A DNA stretch of 64,000 bases from Lama glama (GCA_028534125.1 CM052817.1:93374001-93438000), one strand, 5' to 3'. Counted from the stretch's first letter, positions 41,071-54,742 are shown. Numbers and translations: made by a program. Notes: generated by a model not told the origin, from the sequence alone.

Positions 41071-41570
41071 NNNNNNNNNNNNNNNNNNNNNNNNNNNNNN
41101 NNNNNNNNNNNNNNNNNNNNNNNNNNNNNNNNNNNNNNNNNNNNNNNNNNNNNNNNNNNNNNNNNNNNNNNNNNNNNNNNNNNNNNNNNNNNNNNNNNNN
41201 NNNNNNNNNNNNNNNNNNNNNNNNNNNNNNNNNNNNNNNNNNNNNNNNNNNNNNNNNNNNNNNNNNNNNNNNNNNNNNNNNNNNNNNNNNNNNNNNNNNN
41301 NNNNNNNNNNNNNNNNNNNNNNNNNNNNNNNNNNNNNNNNNNNNNNNNNNNNNNNNNNNNNNNNNNNNNNNNNNNNNNNNNNNNNNNNNNNNNNNNNNNN
41401 NNNNNNNNNNNNNNNNNNNNNNNNNNNNNNNNNNNNNNNNNNNNNNNNNNNNNNNNNNNNNNNNNNNNNNNNNNNNNNNNNNNNNNNNNNNNNNNNNNNN
41501 NNNNNNNNNNNNNNNNNNNNNNNNNNNNNNNNNNNNNNNNNNNNNNNNNNNNNNNNNNNNNNNNNNNNNN
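41071..41570. other. Assembly gap (500 N)
   Basis: A run of exactly 500 N. The left contig ends inside an L1. Confidence 0.99.
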
Positions 41571-44500
41571 ATTTCAAATTATTTCTTCCCTTCACTTTTT
41601 TTGATTTTGAAGGTATGGATGGTATTAGAATTAATAAAACAAACTGTACATGCCATAAATGTTATTGCCTTTTCAGCAACAAAAGGAGCAGATGTCCCAG
41701 ACTGGAATGTAGCATTGAGAGACAGGTGGAGTGGCTATTTTCAGACATGCTCTGCAGACACACCATGAGGCACAGCTGCAAGTGGAGTCTGCGACCACAA
41801 GCCAGCGGATGTCTCTCCTGCCCACCAGACCAGGCGCTCCTGTGGAAGAAGGACCTTGGCTTGTCCATCTCCTAGCTCAGCCCAGTGTTCGGAACAGAGG
41901 GGCTGTGTGGTATGCCCACCGCTGCACCATGAGTGCATCCCTGGTGCCCAGAACAATGCCAGGAGTCAGCCTTTTCCATCACAACTGTCAGCCACATGCT
42001 TAATCTCAAAGGTTAGTAAGAGCTTACAGAAATCATTCCCACCCATTAGAAAGCATTACCACCCTTTAGAAATCAATTTAGATAATGGCATTATAGCATT
42101 ACATTATGAAACCGTGTCAAGCCAGAGGAAGTTTTATTTAGGTATAAATATTCTCCTGTTTATTCTAAAAATAACTGTACATCGGGACTACACAGGGCAT
42201 AAAATGCATTAATAAAATCCCATAATTTAAAGACAGCGTGTAATCGTCTCACGTGGCAATACTGAATGACGAACTTGCCCTTACATTTACTTTCTAGCAG
42301 GTTTTTATGTGCTTGCTTTATCTCAGTATAAATAAAACTTACATCCACCCCTCCCCTCGTGCTCCCAAAGTTGAAAAACACATCATTCATTCACCCAGTC
42401 ATCATTTACCCAGTCACTGGACTCCTGGTAAAAGAAAGAATCAGGGAAAATAGTTCTATTTCTGAAACTTAAATTCCCACAGAGGGAAAACAGCTAATGT
42501 AAAAGGGTAATTTAATATAGTTATTTTATCTTTACTGTCACTTTAATCATAATCAAAATTTAAGAGACCTCTTAAAAAATTTTTATATTCCAAATATAGC
42601 TCAAGGAACAATGTTTTCATCTCTCCTTTGGTATTGTTTCTAAAATTCTCATCATAAAGCTTTTAAATGGAGCTCCAGTATCAGGGGAGGAATTTTAAAA
42701 AGACAAAAAAAAAAAAAAGTCAGTAGAGCTGGGGGTCTGAAGCGTAGTTCCAAATACATGATTATGTCCAAAAGTGGAAATCTGGCCAATTAAATCGCTT
42801 CTCCCAGCCCCTAGCCCAGCTGTCCATAGACGGGCACCGTCAGGCTCTGTTTCTCTGTCTTCTCTCTCACAAATCTGGGTCCCAGACAAGGTACTCCACC
42901 CTCCTGGGCCTCAGTTTCTGTATGAAAAAGCTGCACATGGCAACTCTATCTGTCTCACAGTTATTGTTATGAGAATTAAAGTAACCCAGGAAAAGCACTT
43001 ACTACATTGCTGGGAAAATAGAAACTATTGCATAAATAAAGTATTGCATAAATGCTAGCTTGCAGAGTGATTAAGGAAAATATGCCCAGAGGTCAGATGA
43101 CTTAAACGTATTATAAATCTACTGTAAATACTTTTTGGAAAAGGCAGGGTATTAAAAATAAAAAGTCTGTGAGAAATTCCTGTTATTAAAGAAAAGAAAA
43201 TATATATTTAAAACTACAAATTCAATCCAGGAAAATATAAATCTAATTTAAATATAAATTAGATTTAAATATATCTTCTAAAGAAATTCTAGATAAAACA
43301 TGGGAAAAAAACCCCAAAGATACAAAGGTTATGTCGTCCTTTAAAGTTATTAATGTTGAGCACACGTTACCTAGGATTCCTTACAGCTCAAATTTTTATT
43401 AGATCATGTGGAATGTTTATCAGATCCTGAGAAATGTCTGGATGAAATCAAAGAACGTTAAGACTTAAGACATCACCAGTCTGTAAATGAAGAAACAGGG
43501 CCCACAGGCGTTAACTGGCTTCCACCTGCTCATAGAACTAGCTGATAATGCAGAGGCCAAGTTAGAAATCAGATTTCTTGCTCTTCAGTCGAGAATTCTT
43601 TCATCCCCATCACGCTGTGCCTCATTTCCAGGACAGGTGGTAATTCCCTTTCCTTCCGACTGGCTCTCTGCCCACACGGACGTGTGGCTTTGACCTTTCT
43701 TGCCGGCTCATGACAGTGCAACACTCCCCATGATCATTCTTGTGCAAGCACCCACAGCAGATATCATTAAATTGCTAGATGTATGATTTCACTCACTCAC
43801 CTGCCTGGAGGGTGATATCAAGCAGGGTGGAGAAAGTGGGGCATCTGTCTCAATCCCTGGCCCTTCTCTGTGGGGAGTGTACAAATAAACCATTCATCCC
43901 GCCAGCCCTTGCAGGAACTCGGTGCAAGTCACAGATATTCAGAATGCTCACCAGGGCTGCATACCTCCCTGAAGCAAGTCCTCGATGGTTCAGTTCCCTG
44001 GCTGAACCATACAACATGAGAGCCCAGAGGAAGTACACCCCCATACTCGTTGCCAGGAGCTGGCTAAATCTACATCACCTATGTTCATCTCACAAAGCCT
44101 TTATTCAAAGTATAGGTTTCCTTTTTATTACAACTTGCTTAAGAATGTAAAGAAATGTACAGAACACATTTGAAGCATTTATAAGAATAGATTTTAGTTT
44201 AATTTTTAAATTGAAGGACTCAGTGGCTAGAGTCCTTAGCACATTGTAATGGCACAGCCATTACCAGCTCTATGTTCTGGGCCAAGAACTTAAACTCTCA
44301 AGAACTTTTTCAGCATCCAGAGGATTTTCTGAGGAGAGATGAGATGTATATTAGCCAGTGGTACTCATAGCTGCTCAAGTGTAGCAAGTCTTCTCTATCC
44401 AGAGTACTACATACTCTGAGGGTATTAGACAGCCAAGGCATGCTGACTTATTCTTATTTAAGCTCACTCATGCCATGCTTGAGATTCAGTTTCAGTAATC

Positions 44501-44908
44501 CAATTGCCATTTTGTGGAGTTCCAATGTGTCATAAAATGTGCTCAATTTTTGCCATATTATTGTAATTATTTTTAGACACCCTCTCTTTTATTATCTGTT
44601 GGTTCTAGAAAATATAAGATGGTTGGCAAACCAAAATTATGGTATGCTTCCTAATGCATTCGATATGTATGTCACGATTTGTTAATTTCCAGGCACAGAA
44701 CTAGGACTATCACAGCGAACAAATAAACAGGACCTTGGACCTTTGCTCTCATGCAGTTTAACACCTAGTAAGAGTGCAGAGGCATTAATACCCATTCGAC
44801 CAAAGTTTCATTACTAATAGCATCTTGATTTTGTTTAAATGGGAATTGTACCCAGATTCCCTCCTACCTAGGAACTCTGCTGTTCTCAGTGATACGTCAG
44901 TGGCAGGA

Positions 44909-45046
44909 CAGTCAGCCTTCTGTATCCTGGGGTGCAGAACCCAGTGGTAAGGGACCCGTGGAAATGAAGGACCAACTGTAGGGACTTGAGCATCGGTGGG
45001 TTTTGGTACCCACCAGGGATCTTGAGACCAATCCCTTAGGAACTGT
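44909..45046 (-). mobile_element. MER2-like TcMar-Tigger MITE, internally deleted
   Basis: agggacttgagcatcggtgggttttggtacccaccagggatcttgagaccaatccc is the reverse complement of the MER2 terminus. The other end reads cagtcagccttctgtatcc. Confidence 0.75.
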
Positions 45047-46435
45047 ATATCTATTGAGTTTTCCCAGCAAGTTACTGTTTTCCAGAATTGAAGGAACAGA
45101 ATGAGTCGACCAGAGGCTTCAATCTGGAATATGATACTTGGAGGTATACTTGGAGATCGGACCATAGTTTAAAAAAGGAGGAGTGGGATGATGGGTGGAA
45201 CCTGGTTGCTTTAAGCCATTTTGCAGCCTTGGACAGTTTCCCCATGGCTTTTTCTAACACAAGAAAAGTAAGTCCGTTACCTTAAGCTAACCTTTATCTG
45301 GTTACTTGCCTCTCCACGCATTCCTAGCTGATGTGATAGGCATGTCACAGAATGTCCACTGAGAATTTTCTTTTGGTCCAAGAATTACAGCTGAGTCTTT
45401 GTCAAAGATGAGGACACAAGATACAAAATGTTCCACATTACAAGTTCAGAGATCTCATCACAGGGCCTAAAGAGAAGCCAGTTTAGAGAAACTGGCCTAT
45501 TCGTAACCATGACAGAGCCAGTTAATATAAAGGTGGTGTTAGCAGAGAGGGAAGGTTTGAATTTAGGGAATATGCAATTTAGGAAATAAGGCAAATCTGT
45601 CTGTTCTTTACCCTCAGCAAGACACCTCTATCCTCAAGCCCAGACCCCAGGTCAAGGGAGCCTGGGGCCTAAAAACTCACTTATTAAACTTGAAGGTGTC
45701 CAAATCATCTTCACTTCTACTGTGTTGGGAACTGGTGATTGTGTCTTCTTTGAGAATCATCGATTACTCGATGCTGCTGGGACTTACAAAAAGGATTGGC
45801 AGAGAGATGGCTCAGCCAGAACCAGAATCCCCACGGGCGGGAAATATACGCTGGGAAAGGACCTCCCCAAAATACCTATATTTGTGCTCAAAGGAGAGCC
45901 AGCATTTCACCATCTGCCACAAAGAGGACTCAGATAGTCAGCTTAGGCTGAAAAGCATCAAAACCAGCATAAAGGGAAATGCACCCTCACTGTGGCCAAG
46001 CACAGAAGGAACCCCTCCCCTTTCCTTTCTCCTTGTCATAGCCACTGAGCGATAAGAGGGCATGTGTGAGAGTGGACCAGGCTCCCCCTCCACCACAGCT
46101 GCTAGAGGTTCAGAGCTGTCTGCAGCCTGTCCTGGGAAATGGTGGAAGAGAGGGAAAGAAAATAATGTAAAAGCAGACAAAACCCTCAAGTTTTAAAATG
46201 AAGAAGATATATTCCAAAACCTTGAATGAGAGGGAAAAACATGGGGAAACTTACATGATTAGGCCAAGATGTCACTAAAACCTCAAGCAAGGGAGCTTTA
46301 ACACAAAGGAGTTGTGGAAGTGAGCAGTTAGAGGAGAAAAGATTAAACCAGCTCATCTTTCTTGAACTTCAAAAGATAAATAATTTTTAAAAATTTTTTA
46401 ACTTATTAATATTTACAAATTTAATTTTTTTTGCA

Positions 46436-46770
46436 ATTTGCAGCAACATGGATGGACTTGGAGAGTATTATGTTTAGTGAAATAACTCAGACAGAGAAAG
46501 ACAAATACTGTATGATATTAATTCTATGTGGAATCTAAAAAAATACAGCGAACTAGTGAATAAAACAAAAAAAGAAACAGACTCACAGATATAGAGAACA
46601 AAGTAGTGGTTACCAGTGGGGAAAGGGAAGCTAGGAGGGGCAAGATGGGGGGGAGGGGCAAGATGGGGGAGGGGCAAGATGGGGGAGGGTCAAAAGAGGG
46701 GTTATTATGGGATTGTATGAAATCATATGTATGAAACTCCTGAAAAATTTAAAGCACTAAAGAATTTTTT
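46436..46770 (+). mobile_element. L1 3' fragment with internal G-rich tandem triplication
   Basis: atttgcagcaacatggatggacttggagagtattatg...gacagagaaagacaaatactgtatg...gaaacagactcacagatatagagaacaaagtagtggttaccagtgggg. The unit ggaggggcaagatggg(g)n occurs three times at 46634-46690. Confidence 0.9.
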
Positions 46771-48644
46771 AAAAATTTTGAAAGCGTTACAAAATTTCAA
46801 AAGGCCTTACATTATATAAAGGAAATGTAAAGGGTGTGCTGACAGTTTGCAATACAATTCTAGTTTGATGCAGGGCTGCTGGGTGGTCATAGGCAGAAGT
46901 CTGTGACCTGAGCCCTGAGCAGGAAAAGACCGCTGGCGGGGAGCAGCGGCCGGGCAGCGGGAGGGGCACGTGGCCTGCGGGGATGGAGACTTAAGGCTGA
47001 AAGGACTCGCTGGTCCTCTGGGAGAAACCAAAGCCCACGCAGTCTTGGCACAGAGATTGGTGTTGGAAGTGAGAGCAGCACAAGACGCTGAGAACAGGGC
47101 ATGAACTTTCACTTGAGTCAAAGAGTTATGCAACCTGCCCCCGGAAGGCACGAGAAGCCCGTGCTCAGCATGAGAGCACAAAGTGCCCTTCTCCTCCTGC
47201 GCTGTCAGATGCAGAGGTGGCTGATGTTCTTCTCAGCCCTTGGGATGGCATCTGGTGCCAACGAGGAAATGAATGCTACCTAGTACAGGGCTCCCCATAC
47301 CCACTGGAAGAAGGCTGCCAATTGCCCGGAGGATTTCAGGGAATTTCAAATCTGCTTTTCAGCTGGCGCAGCCACAGGGTCTCTGAGACCCAACTTATTT
47401 CCGAACTTTTCCCTCCTTTCTGAATGCAAGATCCCAGGGACTCAGCCTTCTGGGCTACCTTTTCAGTAGCCTTCACTGCCTAGTCTAGCCTTGTCTAAGC
47501 AAAATCACCTATTACCCTCTTGCTCTCCCAACTTCTGGAAGCTGGAGATGGAATGGATGGGATGCAGCGGGAAGACCTCAGCAGGACTTTCCAGCATTGG
47601 GCTGTGCTTGGGTGGCAGCTTCTGTTTTGACCTGCACTACAGGAAGCAGAAAACGTCACAGTCCCATGGCCAGTTGGTTCTCTGCCTCCTTGCTGAAGCG
47701 GTAGAGCTCACAGCTGCAATTTCCCAGCCTCTTGTTGGTTCAAGAATGTTGGCTGCAAAATCGCATCTCAGTTACCTGCAGGGCAATTTCTAGACTCATC
47801 TCTAGCCAGCAGAACCAAATACGAATCCACTTGAGAATAATTTTCAGGAGACAGAGAATGACTTCCATGCAATTCAGCAAACATGTGACAGTGCCTCCTT
47901 ACAGAGTCTCACACCCTGTTAATTTAGCTCAATTTTTATTTGTCAGCCACCAGGCAGGAGGCCAGAGACAATCCAAATGATTAATTTAGAAGCGACGTGT
48001 GTGCCTTTCGGAAACATAAGAAACACTTACCCCAACCTCTGGCGGAGGATCCTTATGTTCAGATAGGACACTGGTGCGAACCTAGGGAGAAAAACAAACA
48101 TTTTCTGTAGGACTTTAGAGTATAAACCCGTGCAGAAGCTTCACACAGGTGCTGGGTTTCATTTTCCTTCATCTGGCGTCAATTCAGCTTCTAAAGTTAA
48201 TCATTAGTGAAGGTGCCTATGCACAACATCCTCTGTGTGCACCAGCAAAGCCACCCTTTTACACTTCCTGAACTCCCTGATGCTCCTAAGAAGGCACAGC
48301 GGCCTGGATCCTCACCTCAACACCCTCCGTCAAACACAGCGATATCTTGGCTTTAGATGAATCACTTTTTTAATCTCCCTGAAGAGCAACCCTCATTCCA
48401 TGTTCAGGGGAAAGGACAGAGTTGGCGTAGACCAAGTCATTCCATGCATGCTTATAGATATTTATTCTCCACATGGGCACCAAAACCCACAGTCCTTGTA
48501 GAATATCCCTCCCGCTTGAGGAATTCTAAGCCAAACTGTCACATACTATTATCTAGACTCATTTGAAAACTAATTCTCAATTGTAGGAGAGGAAAATAGT
48601 GTAAAATAATTAGTCATCTGGGGCAGCTTTTCATATGTTTATTT

Positions 48645-49500
48645 TTTAATTTTTTTTAATTGAAGTATAGTCAGTGACAATGTGTCAATTTCTGGTGTAC
48701 AGCACAGTGTCCCAGTCATGCATATATATACATATATGTATTTTCATATACTTTTTCATTAAAGGTTATTACAAGATATTGAATATAGCTCCCTGTGCTA
48801 TACAGAAAAATTTGGCTTTTTATCTATTTTCATATATAGTGGTTAATATTTGCAAATCTCAAACTCCTAAATTTATCCCTTCCCACCCCCTTTCCCCTGG
48901 TAACCATAAAATTGTTTACTATGTCTGCGAGTCTGTTTCTGTTTTGTAGATGAATTCATTAGAGTTCTCTTTTTTCTTTTCTTTTCTTTTCTTTAGATTC
49001 CACATATGAGTGATATCATATGATATTTTTCTTTTTCTTTCTGGCTTAATTCACTTAGAATGACGATCTCCAAGTCCATTCATGTTGCAGCAAATGGCAT
49101 TATTTTATTCTTTTTTATGGCTGAGTAGTATTCTGTTGTATAAATATACCACAGCTTCTTTATTCAGTCATCTGTTGATGGACATTTACATTGTTTTCAT
49201 GTCTTAGCTATTGTATACAGTGCTTCTGTGAACACTGGGGTGTACGTATCTTTTTGAATTAGAATTCCCTCCAGATATATACCCAGGAGTGGGATTGTTG
49301 GATCATAAGCTAAGTCTATTTTTAGTTTTTTGAGGACTCTCTATACTGTTTTCCATAATGGCTGCACCAAACTACATTCCCACCAGCAGTGTAGGAGGGT
49401 CACTTTTTCTCCACATTCTCTCCAGCATTTATTGTTTGTGGACTTTTGAATGATGGCCATTCTGACTGGTGTGAGGTGATACCATAGTTTTGATTTGCAT
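48645..49500 (-). mobile_element. L1 3' fragment (ORF2 C-terminus plus 3' UTR)
   Basis: Peptide [46 protein letters not shown], plus poly-T and the ttgaagtatagtcag 3' end. Confidence 0.93.
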
Positions 49501-50319
49501 TCCAGGTGAAATATCAACTCCTTAGATAACAAGGAGACGTATCTCTTCCCCTGAGTGCTGATTCCAGTACTGGCTGTACATTAGAATTACCTGGAGACCT
49601 TTCAAACTATCAGTGCTCTTTCCTGTCCCCAGGTATTGATTCTAACGTATAGCTACTGAGTCCACGGTTCTCTATTTAAGAAAAAAATGTTTCAGATAAA
49701 AAGAAATCACGACTATCTTTCTCACTTAAGAAAATGCTAGTAAAAGGAAGAAGAAAACATAAAAACCTAGATCCAGTATATCTTAATTTGAAGTAAGATA
49801 AGATAAATAAGCCAAATGAATACAGAGCAATATATATGCACACTCTGTTTAACTGGAGAGCAGAGGGCTGGGGGGAGGGGTAGGAGAGAGGAACTCAGGA
49901 ATGTATAATGGATCAACATTTTAGGGGGTCATTCAAACAAAATCCCTTTGGAGGTGCAGCAATGACAATCATACCTCTTTCTTTGTTTCCTTATTGCAGA
50001 TCCAGCACCATCGCCTGCACAATTTGTCAGTCATTATGGCTCAAAATTGCTCACCAGAGCACAAAATAAATGACACAAGAGATCCCAACAGAGTAAACAA
50101 CACAATTTTCAGAACGCACTCAACTCAGGATTTCATGACAGAGCACTCACTGGTAAGAGCATTTCTAGTTTGAAGCTGCATTAATGTTCTTTGGTTCAGA
50201 ACGTTCAGATGTACCATTCGGTCTCATTACCTGGAAATCATTAACTAGTCTCAGGAGATAAGAAAACAAGGAAGCTATATATATTAATACATAGTGGGCT
50301 GTAACGGACCATATAGAGC

Positions 50320-50361
50320 ATGTGTGTGTGTGTGTGTGTATGTGTGTGTGTGTGTGTGTGC
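50320..50361. repeat. (TG)n microsatellite followed by TA/CA low-complexity sequence to about 50530
   Basis: Directly visible in the sequence. Confidence 0.9.
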
Positions 50362-50899
50362 GCACAGACTCTACATACACAGTATGTGTGTGTATACAGA
50401 GATTATATACATAGTGTGTGTACATACACACTAACAATACAGGTATATTAGAATTAACAATTTGTATGGTGAATATGTATTTACATACTTGCAACCTATA
50501 CACACATGCATATATGTGTGTATTTATGCAACATTTTAAGAAAATATTTGACTTCCAAATAACTTTATCCAGTGGATATGCTTAAATTTAGAAATAAAGC
50601 TAAAGAAGTCAGAAACTGGTGAGGGTAAATGTATACAGAACTGCATAAAGTGTGAGTTTGTGTATATATGTATATTTTCCTAAATCAAGGCATGTCTAAA
50701 TCACTAGCAGAGTGCTTGATTTAGAAGAACTGAAAGATAAAATTGTAAACCAATTTTAAGTTTTATAAAGTCAGACTTTTATAGGATATATTTGTTTAAA
50801 TCAGTATATATGTCCAGTTCTGAAACTTGTATATTTAAGTTTAACATTACTGATGTTATAACATATAGATTACACATCAATGATGTTTTTCTCACATAA

Positions 50900-51450
50900 T
50901 ATATATCCCTCCTGACAGTGAACACAAACCACATGGCAAACACTGGGCTTGCCAGTGAATAAGGTCTTATCCCCACTCTTTGGGAATTTAGGGTCTAGTG
51001 GACAGGACAAATGTCTGAATAGTCCAGGATAATGTAATAAGTTCTGTAGTGAGCATTTTCCTGTGGGCATTCAGAGTGAAGAGTTACTCACTGAGCCTGG
51101 GAGTGTCAGGAAAGGCTTCACACAGAGGTGGTCTGGGTTTTGAAGAATGAATAGGAGTTTCAGGCAGGGGAAGTTATGACAAAGCAAGTGGGGTGTTATA
51201 TAACAGGTATGCATCATGGAGATGAAAAAGCCCATTTGTGTTTGGAAAAGAGTGAGTATTCTGATGCTGCTATAGCATGGGGGCCTCCAGGGAAGGGACA
51301 AGAGTCGAATATGTTTGGGGAAAGAGATGGGGCCATTTGCCTAGACAGAGGTCTATCTATCATGTTATAGCATTGCAGCTGCAGGAAAATTTGCGGTCAA
51401 CAGGAAATCAAGGAAGGTGTTTGGGTAGAGAAGTGACATGATCAGAATCC
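50900..51450 (-). mobile_element. L2 LINE 3' region remnant
   Basis: gggagtgtcaggaaaggcttcacacagaggtggtctgggttttgaagaatgaataggagttt...gagaagtgacatgatcaga. Confidence 0.7.
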
Positions 51451-51594
51451 CATCAATCACACCAGCTCTGACCAGAGTCACGTTGGGAGAATCATTTAAC
51501 CTCTTTGCGTCTCTTATCTTGAACATGGAATTAAAACAGACCCATAGGCGGTGGTAGTACTCTTTCCAGCACATAGAGCAGTACCTGACACCAA

Positions 51595-51750
51595 GAGGGA
51601 AGGAGGGAAGAGGCAAGAAAGGAAGGGAAGGGAGAAGAGAGAAAACGAAGAGGGAAAGGAGGAAAAGAAAGAAGAAAGGAAGAGGGGAGAGGTGACAGAG
51701 GACACACAGGAGGAGGCAGAGAGACAGGGAGACAAGACCGGAGGGAAGAC
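51595..51750. repeat. GA-rich polypurine low-complexity tract
   Basis: gagggaaggagggaagaggcaagaaaggaagggaagggagaagagag... Confidence 0.85.
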
Positions 51751-53156
51751 TATGTCACTGAAAAAAACAATAAATCCTGGACAGATTTAGATGAGAAAGG
51801 GATGAAGCAATGACGGTCACTGTAGCATCTGAAATATTCCAGTTCACCCTGCAATGTCATGCCTCCTGAGAGTTACTGGCTTTTCTTAGTAAGCTGTCTT
51901 CCCTTTTTTGGTCTTATTAGCGTTTCTTCTCCCTGTTTTTCATCCCCCTCCCTAAGCCTTCCTGGAACATAAGAATGCCTGCCTGACTACAAGTTTAAAA
52001 TTCTTATAACTTCCTTTTGCTTAGATTTTTGTGATATCAAATAAAGCAAGAAAGATCAATTACTAGGAGAGGTCATGTAGATGTACATTCCATCTTCAAT
52101 ATCTCTTAAAGTTCCTGGAAAACAAATTCATTTCCTTCTTTATCAGCTTCATAGGCTCAAATTTCCATGTACTAAAGTTACTCTGGAAAAAAAAGGGAAA
52201 ACCAGGTAGCGTATCGTGAGTGACACGCTTTCATCAAATCCTTATCGACTTGTCCCTGAACTTGAATTGTTCCCAAGCAAGAGGCTGCTTGAGCTACCAT
52301 GGCAGTGGCTGAACACAGCACTCCAACCCCTGGAGAAAAACTTCTTAAACTACTCATCCTTGTTACAAAGAGCCTGGGCCCCGCTGCCCTGAGCACTGGA
52401 GGAGGGTGACTGCTGTACTTCGCATAGGTGAGTAACGCTAGGACACAGCTGGGAATCCAGATCCAGAGAAGGGAGGCCAAGCTGCCATGACTCTGTGCAG
52501 CAGGATGAGGCCTGGATCTCACTGCTAGGTGAGGAAGGAGAAATCTTCCCCTGGGCGATCTCAGCTGGAAGGCGGAGGGGGAGGCATTGGCAATAGTGGA
52601 AAAACATGTTTGGTGCAAGAAGAACGTCCAGATCCTTTCCTCTGACTACTGTCACATCTGGGAAAGTCTCTGATAATGAATATGTCATTGAAGCACATCC
52701 CTCTTTTTTTTTTTAATAAAAATGTTACTCTAATCCTCTGTGCATCTCAGATTAGAGTATGTGATATCATCACATTTACTTGTTCCACTGGGAATGAGAT
52801 ACAGAATTGCCTTAATATTCAAACACATGGAAGCCTAACTGCGACAGAGGGTTTAGCCTCTTCCACAACATGAACTTTCTGGGAGGAAGCTGCCTGGTCC
52901 GGATTACATTTCCTAGGATACCTTGTATTGACAGGTAACCATATCACTAGTTTTCGGCAATAAAATATATGTAGAAGGGCTACCTGCTGCATCTGAACTA
53001 GACTTTTCAGAAGCAGATCTAGCATGCCCCCTCAACTCCCTTATCTCCTTCCAAGGAGTCCAGCTCGTAAGTGGCTGCAGAGCTGCACGCGGGTCCGAGA
53101 ATGACCACATGAAAAAAGCCATCCACCAACTGTCACTACCAGTATAGGCTGCTAAC

Positions 53157-53619
53157 TGAATCCATTAGCTTTCTCCTGCCATGTAATAAATGATCACAAA
53201 CTTAGCTGGTTAAAACAACATTCATTTATGAGTTCGCCATCTGTACGTCAGCAGGCCTGGTGTGGTTGGGTTCCTCATCTGCAAAGCTCACATGGAGGTG
53301 GTGGCTGGCCACATCCTCATCTGGAGGCTTGACTAGGGGAGGGTCAGCTTCCAGCTCCTGCAGGCTGTTAGCAGAATTCAGTTCCTTGCAGCTCTAGGAC
53401 TGAGGTCCCCATTATCTTGATGGCTGACAGCTGGAAGTTGCTATAAATTCCTAGAGGCCACCCTCATTCCTTGCCACATGGCCTCTTCCATTTCAAATCC
53501 AGCAACAAAGAATCCCCTTTGCATCAAAACCTTCTCAAACTTTAGATCTTCAGACTATGCAGGGCATGTGCAACATGGGGTGGTGATCTTGGGGCCATCT
53601 TAGAATTCTGTCCACCACA
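53157..53619 (-). mobile_element. MLT1D-like MaLR solo LTR, apparently nested in an older MLT1 fragment
   Basis: cacaaacttagctggttaaaacaaca...ctggaggcttgactagggga...gcagaattcagttccttgcagct...cttggggccatcttagaattctgtccaccaca. An older MLT1-like 3' end follows at 53620-53710. Confidence 0.8.
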
Positions 53620-54559
53620 GTGACCAAGAACTAAGCTTCCATTGTGCTAAGACACTGAAATTTGGATGTTTGTATTTGTTTCAGCAGCCAGCATAACTCA
53701 GACCTCCCATATGTTCTAAGTGAAATTTTGAATTCAGTTTATGGCTCTGAAGAAATAAAGAAAAATAGCTAACATTAAATCCTAATTCACTATTTTAATG
53801 TCAACAAATACACATGAAGTACTTATTATGATCCAGCCACTATTATAAACACTGGCGATCTCAGAGATTATGAAGACATAGTATTCCCTTAGGTAATACT
53901 AACAACATGGTAAGAGTCAAATCATGTAATAATAATTGGCAAGTATCTTCAACTGTCTAAAACCTGTCAGTTCTTAGATACTGATTTTCCAATTGTTTAA
54001 TTTTTGTTGTAGATGGAGAAAATGATTGATGTACAAATTGAAATTATTTAGATCACTGAATTTTAGAGATGGAAGGGGTCTTAGAAATAACCTAGAAAAA
54101 CTACCTGTGCAATGTGAAAATTTTATCTGAAATACCCCTGGGAAGTACATTTAAAATGTCTCCTTAAATATGTTTAACTTCTAGTTGACTATCTCACTGA
54201 TTATTGTAGAGATGGTGTTGCAAACTCATATACCCAAAGACTCCAAGCAGGTTAAGTTAATGAAAGAAATGGGCTGAGAATAAGAGACAATAGGGATGGG
54301 GGAGGACTGTGGCAAAATGGAAATCACATTCTCAGTCTATAAGGAGCAGCAGCTATCCAGCGCCAAAGGATTAAAAAAAAAACAACTTCCTGTGAAAAAT
54401 GTACGCAACTAACAACACTAGGTAAATCCTACTTCTTCTTCAGGTGGGCTGTTATCAGTATTTACTTACTTTTACCAGAAATGGGCCTGGCAAATGAGGT
54501 GAGTGGTCAAAGCAGGCCCAGTACTATTTCAGTTAAAAAAAAAAAAAAGCTATCCTAAA

Positions 54560-54742
54560 AGAGTGGTTCTCAATTGTGACAACACATTAGAATCATCTGG
54601 GATATTTTTAATGCCAATTTCCAAGCCAAATTCCAGAATAATTAAATCAGAATCTTTGAAGAAAGGATCCTGGCATTAGTAATTTATAAGGCTCATTCCC
54701 CACTTGATTTCAATGTGCAGCCAAAGCTAAGAACTACTGCTC
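54560..54742. mobile_element. MER5A-like hAT-Charlie MITE
   Basis: agtggttctcaa...cacattagaatcatctggg...aattaaatcagaatct...aatgtgcagccaaagctaagaactactg. Confidence 0.8.

Noticed and set aside
43238..43267. Perfect 13-bp inverted repeat (taaatctaattta-aata-taaattagattta)
   Set aside because: Almost pure AT in an AT-rich context and too short for a miRNA precursor. Probably a local template-switch product.
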